A program made the translations under genes and the position numbers. DNA of 63,514 nucleotides, filler included, from Reclinomonas americana ATCC 50394 (lineage: Eukaryota): NCBI GenBank assembly GCA_048213135.1. It is 5 parts of 5 records of this genome, joined end to end, with 100 filler letters (N's around TTAATTAATTAA, not from the genome) between each part and the next. Parts side by side here need not be neighbours in the genome. Positions count along the whole stretch, not along the records: positions 14,117 to 45,467 come from PS015533.1; positions 45,568 to 58,375 come from PS015536.1; 3 more parts are not named here. The stretch is one strand, 5' to 3'. Below are positions 38,723 to 53,300 of the stretch, in pieces (position 1 is the stretch's first letter; each line of letters starts with the position of its first letter). The notes beneath the pieces are model-generated. The model was not told where the DNA came from. It was given only the letters and a program-made list of their open reading frames with translations, and searched no databases.

Positions 38723-41700
38723 ATGAGTGCTGCTGCGGATGTGAGCGCCGTGTTATCCCGGCTGGAGGCTCTCAAACTCGGTGCGTGTTCTATGCATTGT
38801 CTGTCTGTTTCTCTGCCTCTCTCACGCGCACGCACACATGCAGTGAGTGGCGACGAGTTTGACGATGACATGGAGGCACGCAGCAGTGTGGCGGCGGTGG
38901 CAGAGCATGTGCATATGGTGCGACAAGTGTGCGATGTGTTGATGCGAGTGCAGCCGCAGCAGCAGCAGCAGCAGTCGCAGGCGCAGATTTCGCGTTGTTT
39001 CGAGGCCCTGCGAGTGCTGTGGAGTCACATTGATGATGGTGCGAGGGAGAGTGTGTGTGATGTGATGGCGGAGGCCGTCAAGGCGCACTTGGGTGGTGAG
39101 GCGAGTGCGTCGGCGCTATTGTGCACCATGGCGGCGGGAATGCCGCAAGTGTGTTTGCGATTGGTGCAGCGTGGACAGGTGCATGTGGCGCTGGCGCAGA
39201 GCTTGTTGGTGGCGCGACCTCCGATTGGCAAGGTGACTGTCAAGGCTGCCGAGGCCGTGCGTGTGCTGGCCATTAGTTTCGTCGAGCTCTCGAGTTCATA
39301 TTCTCCCGTCGCGTTTCTCCTGACAACATGTGGTGTGTGTAAGACGGACCACCGGAGCTGCTGTCGATCATGAGCGAGTCGGGTCTCTTCAACGCGGTGC
39401 ATCGACTGCTGAGTACGCTTGTGTCGCAGCAGTCGGCGGCCACGTCGTTGCTGCCGGTGGTGTCGGCCGTGAGGTGGCTTGTCTCCGAGAACGATGTCGC
39501 CGCCAATGCCGAGTGGTTGTCGAGCGAGTTTCTCAAGGTGGCGTGTGCCTTGTTGCACCACAGCAACACGTGGGTGCGCCACGATGCCGCACACATTATC
39601 GCCATCCTCAGTCTCTGTTACGTGTGATGACTGCATCGCGGTGAGATTCCACCTTCCTTGCTCACCACCTCCCGACAGTCTCCGTGTGCCACCAGGCTCT
39701 GTTGGACTTGCGTGTGGACGAATTCGTGCCGGCAATGCTGGCGGATACGGGCGAAACACTGCATTCGTGTGCGGCGCAAATCGTCACCCACATGTGCATG
39801 CACGGCAATGCAACAGTGGCACTGCGCGACGCATCACTGCCTGGACTCCTCATGGCGCTCGGTACGTCGGACGAGACGCTGCGGCGCGACGTCCAGAACG
39901 CTATTGTGTTCCTCGGTCTAGGTGTGTGACCTTTGTGTCATTCTTTCTTTGCACCCTCACTCACTGTCTCGCAGACCACTCGCAATTGGTGCAGGCATGC
40001 GGGACGATGGAGATGTGGTATGCGCTCATCGAGCAAGTCGGTGGCCCAAAGGCGACGTCTGCCGCCGCCGCCGCCGGCAATCCAAGGGCACCAACAGTGG
40101 TCACCGTGCCGCCGGTGCTGGTGCCCGAGTCTCCCGCGCTCACACCGCGCACCGCCACCGCCAGTGGACCTCCCGCACCGTTGCCTACTCTTCTCCGTTC
40201 GCCACCTGCGACGGCACCTGCTGCTGCCACAGGGGCTACCGGTGCTCCCAAGTTGTCGTCGGTGCCACTGGGACCTGCACGACCCACGGGTGCTGCCGCC
40301 GGCGGTTCGTCGAGCCTGCTGCCGACCCCAGCCGGTGCCTTGCGCACAAGCAGCTCGCTGCCAGCGGCACGACCTGTTGCGTCGACGCCGGCTTCCGCAA
40401 GCATCGGTGGTCTCCCTTCCGCAAAGGTACCGCCGACTGCGGCCACACCCGCAGCTGGAGCAAGCGCACCACCGCCATGGATCGCTGCTGGCTCCAAACA
40501 AGCACCACCCGGTCGCATGATGAGCGCAGTGGCGAATCGGTCGTCCGGCGCGTCGTCGCTGACACGCTCACCGTCAGAGTTGTCGAGTGCGTGTATGCAT
40601 CGATTTTTTTCACTCGTGCCTCGCATTGTAGTTGGGCACTCACTGCTCGTTTGTAGAAATCACGACCAATCTGCTGCTGGATGATGACGATGACGACGAC
40701 GATGGACCAGCTAGCGACACCGATAGCGACACGGAGCCCTTCCCTGCCGCGGCGCCCATCAACACCGACATGTACAACGTCATGCCAAGTAAGAAGGTGG
40801 AAGAGGACGTCAAGTTGGCCGAGGAGTTGATCGCGCAGAAGAAGAGCAAGGATGCCATTCCGATTCTCGACGCCATCATTGAGGAGTATCCGCAGCTGCT
40901 GCCGGCACTCAAGTTGCGCGCCAAGGCTTCTGGACGGTTCAAGGCGCGGCGCGCAGAGGCTGTCGATTACTATCAGCGGGTGGGTTTCCTGATTGCGTGC
41001 TGTCGGTGCTTGTATGCAGCGCTGCTCACTGCGATTGTACGCGTTGCAGTCGCTGGTCCTGGATCCACGCGATTTGGCGCTGCGCCTCGAATACGCCCAC
41101 GCACTGTCGCTCGTTGATTCGCCAAAGACCATTCGAGTACGTCACGTGTTTTCTATTGCCGTCGCTGCACCTCTCACATTGGTTTGTGCACAGCAATACG
41201 ATCGCTGCGTGGCACTCGACCCCGACAACATCACCTGTTGGGCCAAGCGCGCGCAGTACCATCGACGGATGAAATCGTTCCGTGTTGCCTCACGCCAAGC
41301 ACTTGTCACATCTGTGTGCCGCTGACCTCGTCCGTCGCACGCAGGTACAAGGAGGCAGCTCTGGACTTTGAGCAGTGTGCCAAGATAAGCAAGGATGATC
41401 CCGAGTATGTCATCGAGTGTGCGAGTGCATGGCGGAAAGCGCAGGAGCCCGAAGTCGCGCTGAAGCGGCTCGAACGCATTCCTGCTGGTGCGGTCACAGG
41501 CACCGAGGCCACGCAGTACTTTTACGGTGAGCTTGACAAAAACATGAATAGGAGCTCAGCGGGTGACGCGTACTGACTCGCNNNNNNNNNNNNNNNNNNN
41601 NNNNNNNNNNNNNNNNNNNNNNNNNNNNNNNNNNNNNNNNNNNNNNNNNNNNNNNNNNNNNNNNNNNNNNNNNNNNNNNNNNNNNNNNNNNNNNNNNNNN

Positions 41701-44700
41701 NNNNNNNNNNNNNNNNNNNNNNNNNNNNNNNNNNNNNNNNNNNNNNNNNNNNNNNNNNNNNNNNNNNNNNNNNNNNNNNNNNNNNNNNNNNNNNNNNNNN
41801 NNNNNNNNNNNNNNNNNNNNNNNNNNNNNNNNNNNNNNNNNNNNNNNNNNNNNNNNNNNNNNNNNNNNNNNNNNNNNNNNNNNNNNNNNNNNNNNNNNNN
41901 NNNNNNNNNNNNNNNNNNNNNNNNNNNNNNNNNNNNNNNNNNNNNNNNNNNNNNNNNNNNNNNNNNNNNNNNNNNNNNNNNNNNNNNNNNNNNNNNNNNN
42001 NNNNNNNNNNNNNNNNNNNNNNNNNNNNNNNNNNNNNNNNNNNNNNNNNNNNNNNNNNNNNNNNNNNNNNNNNNNNNNNNNNNNNNNNNNNNNNNNNNNN
42101 NNNNNNNNNNNNNNNNNNNNNNNNNNNNNNNNNNNNNNNNNNNNNNNNNNNNNNNNNNNNNNNNNNNNNNNNNNNNNNNNNNNNNNNNNNNNNNNNNNNN
42201 NNNNNNNNNNNNNNNNNNNNNNNNNNNNNNNNNNNNNNNNNNNNNNNNNNNNNNNNNNNNNNNNNNNNNNNNNNNNNNNNNNNNNNNNNNNNNNNNNNNN
42301 NNNNNNNNNNNNNNNNNNNNNNNNNNNNNNNNNNNNNNNNNNNNNNNNNNNNNNNNNNNNNNNNNNNNNNNNNNNNNNNNNNNNNNNNNNNNNNNNNNNN
42401 NNNNNNNNNNNCGCAAGTGATGCTGAGATGTTGTTGTGCTGTTGGTGGTCACAGCTCCAAGCCGAGCGTGGGGAGTGGGAAGCAGCGGAAGCATCGTGTG
42501 CGAGTGCGTTTGAGGCCACCGATAATCCACAGTGCGTCTGCTGCAAGAAAAGTCAGTGTGGACGAGGTTCGCGCACTCAACTTGTGTGTGCTGCTAGGCA
42601 TATTGTGGCCATCGAACAGTTCCTCGGCGACATGAATCGTGAGCAGCAGAAACTGGATTTGGCGCTGGAGCACTATACGAAAGCCATCAAGTGTGCGCCG
42701 GAGGCGACGTACACTGGCGAGGTGTATTTGTCGCGCTCTATGGTGCTGGACGAGCTTGGTCGCGCTGAGGAGTCGGCGGCGGACTGGAGCAAGGCCGTTG
42801 ATTTGGATCCGAATCTTCTCGATGGTGCGACGATGCAGATTGTGATCTTTTCTTGTGTGTCCGCGCGGCAACTCACTCATGAGTGAATTGGGGCAGACGA
42901 CGACGACGACGACGACGATGACGACGGTGATGGTGATGGTGATGGTGGTGACGGAGACGGCGCAGCAGACGAATCCGGTGCAGCGATTGAGGGTGGTGAC
43001 GGTGGCACTGGCGGCCGCGACAATGGTGGACGTGAGGAGGGCGAGATGACACCGGACTCGGACGGTTCAAGCACTGTGTCGTATTCGAGTCAGCAGTACG
43101 GTACGTGTGTATCATCCTTGTTTCAAGAGACCCGCTTCCTGGCCTGACACTTGCTCCGCCAACAGGAACACACGATGACACTGGCGGGCAGGAGTCGTCG
43201 GCACCGAACATGGACGCGGCTGGTGGCAGCGGCAGTGGTGTAGCTGTGGGTGGTGGCGGCCACGGTGGCGATCTCATGATGAGTCGCAGCTTGTCGTTTG
43301 CGAGTGTTGATGGCGAGCAGGGTGAGATGCAGGCGGCGCTCGACGCCATCAGAGCCGGCAACTACCAGGTGCGCTGCCTGTGTGGTCGGAGAGCGGCGTG
43401 TAAGGTATTCACTTGTTTACCTCCGCGTTTTTTTTTTGCAGGCCGCCATTGAGATTACTTCGTCGGCACTGGCTGCGGACTACACCCTTTCGTCGGCTTA
43501 CATGCTGCGTTCCACGGCGTCTCGGCTGCTCGGCAATGCAGACCACGCTTTGCAGGATTCAGAAGCCGCGTTGCAGTTTGGTTTCCTTCCCTTTGTTGTC
43601 TGTGTGTGTTTCGGGTGTCTGATCGTTACGATGTAGGTATGCGGCGCCAAACGATCCCGCACTCCTGGCCGACGTGCACGCGTGCCGAGCGGAGGCGCTA
43701 ATGGCCATCAAGAACGCAGACCTGGCTTCGTTCCAGAAACAAACGGAGGCCGCCTTCCAGCACTTTGACATGTCGCTGCAGTGCAATCCGCAGCGAGCTG
43801 CCACATATTGCGCCCGTGCAAGTCTCTTTTTGGGCGTCAAGCGTCCGCAGGAAGCGCTGCAAGTTACGTCAGCTTCTGCAGAATGGCCGTGTGTGTGTGT
43901 GAGAGAGAGAGTGCGGGTACTGACACTGGTTGCGATGACAGGATGTCCAGCAAGGCCTGCAAATTGAACCGAACAATGTCGACTTGCTTGTGCAATGCTC
44001 GCGAGCGCTGCTCTCGCTAGGAAACACGAACGGCGCAGTGGAAGTGCTTGGAGCTGCCATTACCCAGCATCCGGACGATGCCAATCTGTACCTGCGGAGG
44101 TCGCAAGTCTTTGAGCGGATGGAGCAGTTTGACGCGGCCATTGAGGATTTGACGCAGGTGCTGACAATCGGGTGTGAGCACATGCACAATGTTCTCTTCC
44201 GGCGTGCCACCTGCTTCATGGTACGTCATTCTGTCGCGTGACATGGGTCGTCTGGCGCGCTCGCTCATTCGTTCACTCGTCACAGCGGTCCAATCGACTC
44301 CAAGACGCACTGTCGGACGCGGAGGCGGCACTGCAAATGTCGCCGAATACCGGCTCTCTGTACTGCCTGCGTGCCAACATCAAGTGGAAGCTCGGCTTTG
44401 TGGAGCTCGACATCATGCACGACTTCAACAAGGCCAAGGAGCTGAGCCCAGACCGAGCAGATGTGCTGGCCGACGCCGCACGCTTCATGTTGCACTTGGC
44501 CAATATCAATGCCGGCAATCGCGAAGCCGAGGTGCGTGTGACAACCGGCACACATGATTGCTGCGTGCGGTGAACTCACCGTGGAGGGTGGTGCGTGTGC
44601 AGAATCAATCGCTCAGCGCCGCACGGCAGACGCTGGTCCAAGCGTTGAACATTGATCCACGACATTTGCTTGCGCTCCGCATGTACGCCATGCTGTGTGA

Positions 44701-45162
44701 GAGGCAACAGAAGGTGCGTGGTGTGGCCGAGTGGATGGTGGGAGGCGAGTGTTCTCACCGTTGCGCGAACGCACGTGCAGTACGACGAGGCGATGAGTGT
44801 GATCGATCAGGCGCTCTCAGTGCAACCGTCCGAGTCGCTGGCCTACTACCGCTGCAGCTTGCAGCGACGCATGGGAGACTTGGAGGGTGCAATTCAAGGC
44901 CTCTCTGGCATTGCCAACCGCACAAAGGATCGGCGAGAGCGTGTGCGTGCTATTCTCGGTCGCATCAGCATCTATCGCGCACAGAACCGTCCGCGTGAAG
45001 CCGAGACCGACTATGCGTATCTGGCGGTACGTCGTGCGTGCTTGTGTGTGTGTGTGTGTGTGTGTGTGTGCCTGCAGGGTCTCACGACGTGATGAACGGC
45101 AGCAACATTACGCTCCTGAATTGCGGGAAATGGAGCACCAGTCTGCGGAGTCCGCAGAGTAG
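38723..45162 (+). CDS. Large helical-repeat protein: ARM/HEAT-like N-terminus, Pro/Ala linker, many TPR repeats; spans a gap and could be two genes
   Basis: TPR consensus in many exons (ALEHYTKAIKCAP, YLSRSMVLDELGRAEESAADWSKAVDLDP, YLRRSQVFERMEQFDAAIEDLTQVL, YCLRANIKWKLG); N-terminal helical repeats; last exon ends QSAESAE*. Confidence 0.7.
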
Positions 45163-45366
45163 TGTAAGCAGTGTAGAATTAATTAGCAAATGTCGCGTTA
45201 TTTTCATTCCTTCCGCAAGCAGCCACTGCCACATTGGCCACTGCTACACTGCGGCTCTCCTCCGTCATCATCGCCACCACCACCATCACAACATCCACCA
45301 AACATGACAATCCTTCCACCATCACCACCGACCTACGCTACTACTCTCTCACTCGCCCCCTAAGCG

Positions 45367-48300
45367 TCATCTCCGAGACAGCTGTAACGTGAGAAACGCG
45401 CATGTGAGAGACACGAAAATACGCCAACACTCAGTCACAGGGGACACAAGCGCACCTGCGACTCCAGNNNNNNNNNNNNNNNNNNNNNNNNNNNNNNNNN
45501 NNNNNNNNNNNTTAATTAATTAANNNNNNNNNNNNNNNNNNNNNNNNNNNNNNNNNNNNNNNNNNNNAGTGGCGCGGCAGTGAAATGTGAAGAGGAGGAG
45601 CCACGCAACATCGAACACCGACTGTCCCGCTGATCTCTTGACGACGGTGACGCCGTCGAAACTCTCCTCCACGAACCTACACGGAAAGGAGTGAGAAATG
45701 GATCACACAGAAACAAGCGCGGTATCTGCTGGACGCACGCTTCCAGCGCGCCCTGGAACTCCACATCGCACGAAGTGGTCATCTTGAAGCCACCGCCCAG
45801 ACGCTCCTTGAGCTGATGAGGTGACATGCGATGAGCTAAACCCGAGGCAAGCAGAGGAGTGAGCGAGAAGCAGAGACACACCTGCGGCCCGTTGCCGAGA
45901 CATCGCAAACGACCCTGCGCCATGATGCCGACACGAGCTGCGAGAGAGAGAGGACGGTTAGTGGGATGAGGGGGGAATGCGTCGCTAGCTGGTGACGCAA
46001 CTGCACAAGTGCTCGGCCTCCTCCATCGAGTGCGTGGTGCTGCGGGATGCGAGTGAGCGATCAGTGCACCACAGGAGGGGGACTTGCGCGAGGCAGGCAG
46101 ACGCACAGCATAATGGCCTGCCCAGCTCGCTGGCATGCACGGATGGCGGACCACACTTGCTGCCGAGACGATGGATCCAAGCCCTGCAAGCAGGATTGTC
46201 AGTCACTGAAAAGCTGCATGGACATCCACAGCGCGGTACGCACAGTTGTTGGCTCGTCACACAGCATAATCTGTCGCACGCAATGGTCAGATCGATTGCG
46301 ACACAAGAAAATATTATCAGTCGCGCGCAACTTTAGGATTGCCAGTCATGCCGATGGCGACGCAGAGTCGTCGCTTCATACCGCCACTATAGTTCCGCGA
46401 TAGCTTATTACGAACTTCCCACAGATCCACACTTCGGAGTCGGTTAACAATTTCCACACCAAGTGCCGGCCCTGTGTTGTCGAGTACCAAACACGTGAGG
46501 CTCGCGCGAATGCGCGTCCCTGAAAGCACGACTGCAGACTCACCGTGATAGCCTTTTAGCCTCGCGAAAAAGGCAATATGCTCCTCTGCGGTCAGCGTCG
46601 GCCACAAGATATTGTGCTGCGCAGTGCGTGTGTGTGAGAAAAGTAGATATTTGTTGTCGCCCCCTGGGGAGAGAAAAAACACAAGGCAAACCTGTGTGCA
46701 CACGCCCAGTAGCTGGTAAATCTTGTCGGTTCCGCGCTTAATGTCGTGGCCGTTCATGAAAATGGCACCCGAGTCGGCAGGGAAGAGGCCGGCGATCATG
46801 TTGAGGAGAGTGGTCTTGCCGGCGCCGTTGTGGCCCAACAAACCAAAGCACTCGCCAGGCTTCACCTGCAGAGAAAAGTCGGTCACCGCCTGCCGATGTG
46901 CTCCCTGCGCGTGCGTCGATGACAGAGTGAGTGGAGAGATTGAAGGCAGCGTGCGCGCGAACCACAACCCCCGACGCAACCGAGTACTGCTTGCACACAT
47001 CTCGCACAGTGATGCCGCGCCGAGATCGACGACTGTACGCCCGTTTTCTCTCATCGGCCACATCGATGGGCATCAGTGGCTCCTCGTCAATGGCCTGCTC
47101 CTCCACGTCGCTCTCAAAGGAACGCTGATACGGGAGAAAGGTGTAAATGCCACGCCTTGATTCGACGACCACTGGCAAGCGAGCACGCAACTGGCGAGAG
47201 CTGCGAAGGGGAGCTCGCTCGACTGGGAATGTCGTCGAGCTCCATGTCATCACCGCTGTCCGAGTCCGCGTCGTCGCCGTCGCAGCAGGAGCAGCAAAAG
47301 TCGCGAGAGCACAGGAAGCATGGATGTTTGGGCAGACCGACAGCGCCAAAAATCACCTGTGGAAATATTGTCACACGCCGGGGGGAAACTCACAGCGATC
47401 TACGCGTCACGAACCTGCTCCGTGTACCAAGCGAGAATCAAGTACACCAGCGCCCACGCCCCCAGGTAGACGTACGTCGATCCGAGTCCAGACGACCAAA
47501 TGTCGCCCACTTGAATGCCGGTGGAGTAGTTTGCCGTGGCGCGGCTTAACCGGAGGAGTCCCCTGGTAACACAACGAGTAAGTGAGTAGCAAATCCTCGC
47601 GTGGGCAGAGACAATCGACAAGAACTATACGCACCGCACAAAAGCAAACGTCGGAATCATGCTGGTGACGAATTCAGCCGAGAATGGCGACGATTCTTGT
47701 CGGGCGAGCCATGTCGAGTTGACCACCGTGGCCACCATCACGAGCGGCAGTAGAATCATGAAGCCCACCACTACAAAGAGAACACCGCTAATGTCAGTAC
47801 CGAGTCCATTCGCTCTTTCTTATCACGTGTGCACCACGCACCAAAAGCGCTGTTCTGCGTCTGGAATAGTGTGGAGATGAAAAAACTAAAGGCGACCAGC
47901 GCCAGTCCCCACGCCAGAAACAGGATGACGTAGGCGGGGATGGAGTTCTGCGTGAAGAATCGGAACCGTAATACGCCGCCCATTGCCAGCAGAATGACCA
48001 GCTGCAGCAGATAGAAGGTGTAGTCCCACAAGAAGCTGATGCTCCAATAGAGACTCGGTCTGAGTCCCATGAGGCGCATCAAGTAGCGAAGCTTGTGCTC
48101 CTTTTCTTGTGCCAGTGTCTGTGGGCAGAAGGGCAAGGGGTGAGAGACGACGAGCGCAAATACAAGTAGCAGAGCGCGCAACGCACCCCCATGAACACTG
48201 GGAACAGCATGTGCAGAATCAAGGCCTGCGCGGCGACGAAGAAAGGAGGTAAGAAGGGAGGAGCGTGGGGGTGATCGCGGGTGAAGGCGCGCAACGTAGT

Positions 48301-50006
48301 AAAACACTTCCACGAAAGCCACAATGTCGAACCGCGCGTCGTCGTCGGCATTCGTGGGGAACCGCTTCAGTGCTATTTCATGCGTGTGTGTGCGTCACGA
48401 GTCAGCAAGCCTCAGATGCACACGTAAACACACAAGTAAAGGCAAAACGGAACTGGTCTTGAGCGAGCCTGACGAGTCCTTCGCCAGCTTGAACATGGCA
48501 TCGTCCAGCAGATGTACCGTCGGTAGCACGTTGCTCACGTTGGCGTTGGCGAGAAACTGTGAGCTGACGTGCGAGTATGCGACACTGGAGTTGTAAAAGA
48601 CGGTGTAGTCGAGCGCCGCAGTGATGCTGTTGACATCGTTGAACTGGAGGCCGAGAAGCGTCGACTGCGACGTCCCAAAGTTGGAGAAAAGCTGCGAGTC
48701 GACCGTGGCCTTGTCGGTGTAACTCGTCGATCGTGCCGTGACAGAGGTGCTGGCAGGCGCAAAACTGCGATACGCTTGAATCTGTCGAACGGGCAAGGAT
48801 GAGCTCGAGCGCACAGATCACCATTGTCCACAACGAATGCGTGCACGCAACAGCCAGCTTCGTGAAATCCATGGCGCCCAGCAAGCCGAGCGACACAGAG
48901 GGCGACGACGTGTAATCGAACGAGCCTACCGCCGTGGAGATCGATAATGGCGTCACCACCGGCACTTCGGGGGAGTACACAGGCGCCGTCGTTCGTGTAT
49001 CGGTACGTGGTAAACTGCGCAGCAATCACCGTGAGCACGCGCGACTCTTTTCCCCCGCCCCCCTAGCTGCTACCACAACGGCGATCCGCAACTAGAGCGT
49101 CGACTTCTCCACCACTGGCGACGCGTTGCCATTGAAATCGGTCACCGACCGATTCATCAACAGTTGCGCACCAAACAACAGCAGCATCTGCACCCGCGGG
49201 GAGTGAGCACTTTCCTTGACACCCACGTACACAACATACGCATTGTACGCACCAACAACACCGGCGTCAACAGGACGCACCAATTCGCACATGTGGCCTG
49301 GTGCACGTTTGTCAGCACACAAGACATGGAGAGAAACACGACAACCCGCACACTCAACTCTCTTCTGTACATGCCAGCTCTTGGCCAACAAGGCAGCCAC
49401 CTGCATCCGCGCACTGCCCGGCTTGACGTACTTTCTTCGGAGCAACTCATCGTTCTCCTGCTTCCCATCCTTGGCGTAGGCAATCGACGGCGCCACCGTC
49501 GACCGACCAAGCCCATCCGGCGTCGTCAACTGAACCGTCTCCTTGTACGCCGGTCGTAGTCTCCAGTCGCCCTCGCGTCCGTGACGCAAACGCTGCCGTT
49601 CATCCGCCGAGCTGCTCACCTCATCGTCGTCACTGCGCGAGGCCGTATTCGACGAGGGCGGATCGCGGAAATCAATCTCTGTCAACGCCACTGCGCGTGG
49701 CGGTTGTACTGCTGACGCCCCCGCTGCTGCTGCTGCTGCTGCTGCTGCTGAAGGTTGTGTGCTGAGTGGCGACAGTGCCAGCACTCCGCGACGACCGCGT
49801 GGTCGCGAGAATGCACTGTCTCCGCCTGCTGCTCCTGTTCCCTCAGCATTCATCGGTTCTTGATGGTAGGTGACGATTGGTGGAGGCGAGGTGGACGAAG
49901 AGGAGGAGTTGCTGTCGCCACGTCGACGGCTGAATCGGCGAGAAAAGTGTGCAACGAGAGGACTGGGCGGAGGCGATGAAGGTGGAGGTGGAGGTGGCGA
50001 AGACAT
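45367..50006 (-). CDS. Half-size ABC transporter subfamily A (TMD + NBD), copy 1; 3' end crosses a gap and is uncertain
   Basis: QVAALLAKSWHVQKR, LAQEKEHKLRYLMRLMGL, Walker A GHNGAGKTT, signature YSGGMKRRL, Walker B IMLCDEPTT-GLDP, H-loop TTHSMEEA, LKERLGGG. Confidence 0.9.
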
Positions 50007-50379
50007 GTAAGGATCCTCCCTGCGCTTCCTTGCTCACTTGCTCACACGCACGCACACCCTGCAGATGTGTGTGTGTCTGTGTGTGGGGTGTGGGTGTGCG
50101 TCGCGGATGCGTCTCAGGTGTGATGTTGTTTTGGTCGGTTGGAGGTTCGGACATTTTCCTTTGGCAGAAACCGGACAGAGGTTCGATATGTGGCGAAGGG
50201 AAAGGTTTGGGAGAGCGGGAGAGTGTGTGTGTATATTGCAGAGGAGGAGAGAGTGTGTGTGCGTGCACGCATCCTCAACTGTGATCTGACGAGAAATGTG
50301 TCGTGTCCGGATGTTGCATGATTTTCCCACCCTTTCTTTTGCAACACACACACAAGGGATTCATTGTGACTCTTGAACT

Positions 50380-53300
50380 CTAAAATGTGCGGCCCGTCAC
50401 CATGCCGACATTCAAAAATACGTCCTCGAGAGCTGCAATGCAGGGAGGGGGAAAAAAGTCAGTCAGTCAGCGTGCGTGTGCTCGGCGGACGGCGGTGCGC
50501 GGCACACGCAACTTGTCTCGGTGAGGCCCCAGTCGCGAATGTTCAAGTCTGCGCGTCTCGACTCCATGGTCTCGAATACGTGCGCCAGCTGCGAGCGATG
50601 TACGGGGAACTGTGCACGGCGTGTGAGCGAGGCATGACGAAGAGTGGCGGCGGCGGAGGAGGAGATGGCGCAACGGAGAAGATGCTTTGACCGGCCGAGC
50701 GCTTCATGAGCTGCGAGCCGGGGAACGTGGTCTGCACAAACCTGCGCGTGCGACACAGTATGAGGGAAGTGAGCACGCACGCACAAGCTTGTGATGTGCA
50801 CACAGCGACGCAACTCCTCCAGCGCCGACTGCTGGTTAATGTCGCCACACGAGGTGGTCATCTTGTAGCCGTTGCCGTAGCGCTCCTTGAGCTGTGTGCA
50901 CGCGAATGGAGAACAAAGTGAGCGCAAAGTGAGGAGAGGGAGATAGAAAGGGGAGGCGTGTTACCTGCGCCGAGTGGCCGACACAGCGGAGGCGACTCTC
51001 GGCCATGATGCCAATGCGATCTGCACGAGGAGTGTTGAGTCAGGCGCGGCACGTTTATGAAGAGGGGCAAGTGTAATTAACAACGCACTGCACAGGGTCT
51101 CGGCCTCCTCCATGGAGTGCGTGGTGCTGCAGTGGTGTATCACGCGAGTCAGTCTCCACCACAATAATCGTGGTTGTCACGCAGACGCACAGAATAATAG
51201 CGCGACCGGCTTGCTGCGACTCTTTGAGGGCTTTCCACACTTGCTGTCTGCTGTATGGATCCAGGCCCTGCGCACAGAGTGTGGAGGAGTGAGCGACGGA
51301 AGGATTCGAGACGCACAGGAATGAGGAGACGCACCGTCGTCGGCTCATCGCACAATTGAACCTGGGGTTTTGACACGGCATGGTGAGAGTCTGAGAGGAC
51401 ACGAGCAGCTGCGACACTTGTACCCTCTTACCTTCGGGTTGCCCGACATGCTGATCGCCACCGACAGGCGGCGCCGCATACCCCCACTGTATTGGCGTGA
51501 GAGTTTGTTGCGGGCGTCCCACAGGTCGACGCTGCGCAGGCGATCGGCCACCTCGTTGTCCACGTCGGCACCTGTGGAGCAAGTCAGTGACGTGGCGGCT
51601 CGATGGGGCAGTCGCCGCACGCACCTTGAAGGCCCTTGAGGCGCGCGAAAAAGGCAATATGCTCGGCGCCGGTGAGCGTCGGCCACAAAATGTCGTACTG
51701 AGTGAAAGAGAGGTGTGAGTGAGATGCGCCACTGGTGTGCAATAAAGAAATGTGGATAAAGGAACAGACCTGAGTGCACACACCGAGCACTTGATACACA
51801 TGATCCATGTGCACGCCTACTCTGTGGCCGTCGAGCAATGCCGAGCCCGAATCGCCGGCGAATTCGCCAGCAACGATGCTGATAAGCGTCGTCTTGCCAG
51901 CGCCATTGTGACCCAGCAGACTGCGGGAGAGTGACTGGTGAGTATGTAGATAGGCAGGTGTGCATTTTCGTGTCCACGAACCCAAAGCACTCTCCCTGTG
52001 TACAAATAAGGCGAGTCAGAAAACAAATTGCACATAATTATTTCATCTACTGGCAGCGACGCACCGGCTCCACATGCAGGGCGACGTTGGTGACTGCCGG
52101 ATGGGATGCGCCCGGGTACGTCTTACAGACGTCGCGCACGCTGATGCCACGATGTGAGCACATGCGGTCGAATGCGCGTCGGCGTTCCTCGATCACGTCG
52201 GCACCCTCTCTCGGCTGACCGCGGTGTTCCAGGTCGTCACTCGGTGGCTGGCGAGTCGTTTAGGAGATACAGCAGAAGTGAGTGGATGTGGGAATGAACA
52301 CAACTGCATTCAGCGGCATCATGCGGTGCTGCGACGCGGCCAGATCGCGCATCTCCATGGCCTCGTCGTCGGAATCGTCGACGCGAACACCCTTGTCACA
52401 GCAACAGCACCAGCAGGAGCGGCAAAAGTCCTTCTTGCACATGAAGCAGGCCGATCTTGGCAGGCCGGCGCCCGTCGGGAACACCTGTGGGCGCGCAGGA
52501 CGATGAGCAATACGAAGATGGACGGGATCTCAGCGACACACACACACGCGCGCACACATACCTGCTCCATGTACCACGTGAGGACGAGGTAAATAATGGA
52601 CCACACCAGGAGGTAACCGTAGACTGCGGCCAGACCCGACGACCCAATCTGACCGCGCTTGATTCCCGGACCAAAGTTCTCGGTCTCGCCGTTCAGGCGC
52701 TGCAGACCACTGTGTGGACAACCGGAGAGACGCGGTGAGCGGATTAGTCATTGCGGACACACACGAGGGAAACTCGCCGTACCGAATGAAAGCAAACGTG
52801 GGAATGATGCTGGTGAAAAACTCGGCGTAGAATGGCGACGTGGAGGGGTTGTTGAGGAAGGTGTCGTTGACAATCGTGGCCACCAGCACCAGGGGCAGCA
52901 GGATAATGTAGCCCACCACTGCACACACACACACACGTACAAGTGGGATGAGCGCGAGCGGCAGAGAAACACCGGCTCTGCGCCACACTTACCGAGTGCA
53001 GTGTACTGCTTTCTGAAAAACGTGGACACGAAGAAACTGAAGGAGACCAGCGCCAAGCCCCAGAATATAAAGAGTAATATATAGCTGATGGCGATGTTCT
53101 GCGTGAAGAAGCGGAAGCGCAGGATGCCGCCGACCAGCATGAGCAGGAACGCTTGCAGGAGGTAAAACACGAAATCCCAGCCAAAGCTGACAACCCAGTA
53201 GATGAACGGCCGCAGGCCCATCAGGCGCATAATGTACCGCAGTCGATGTTCGCGCTCTTGAGCGAGCGTCTGCAGAGCACGTGTGAGTGCTAAGACAGGA

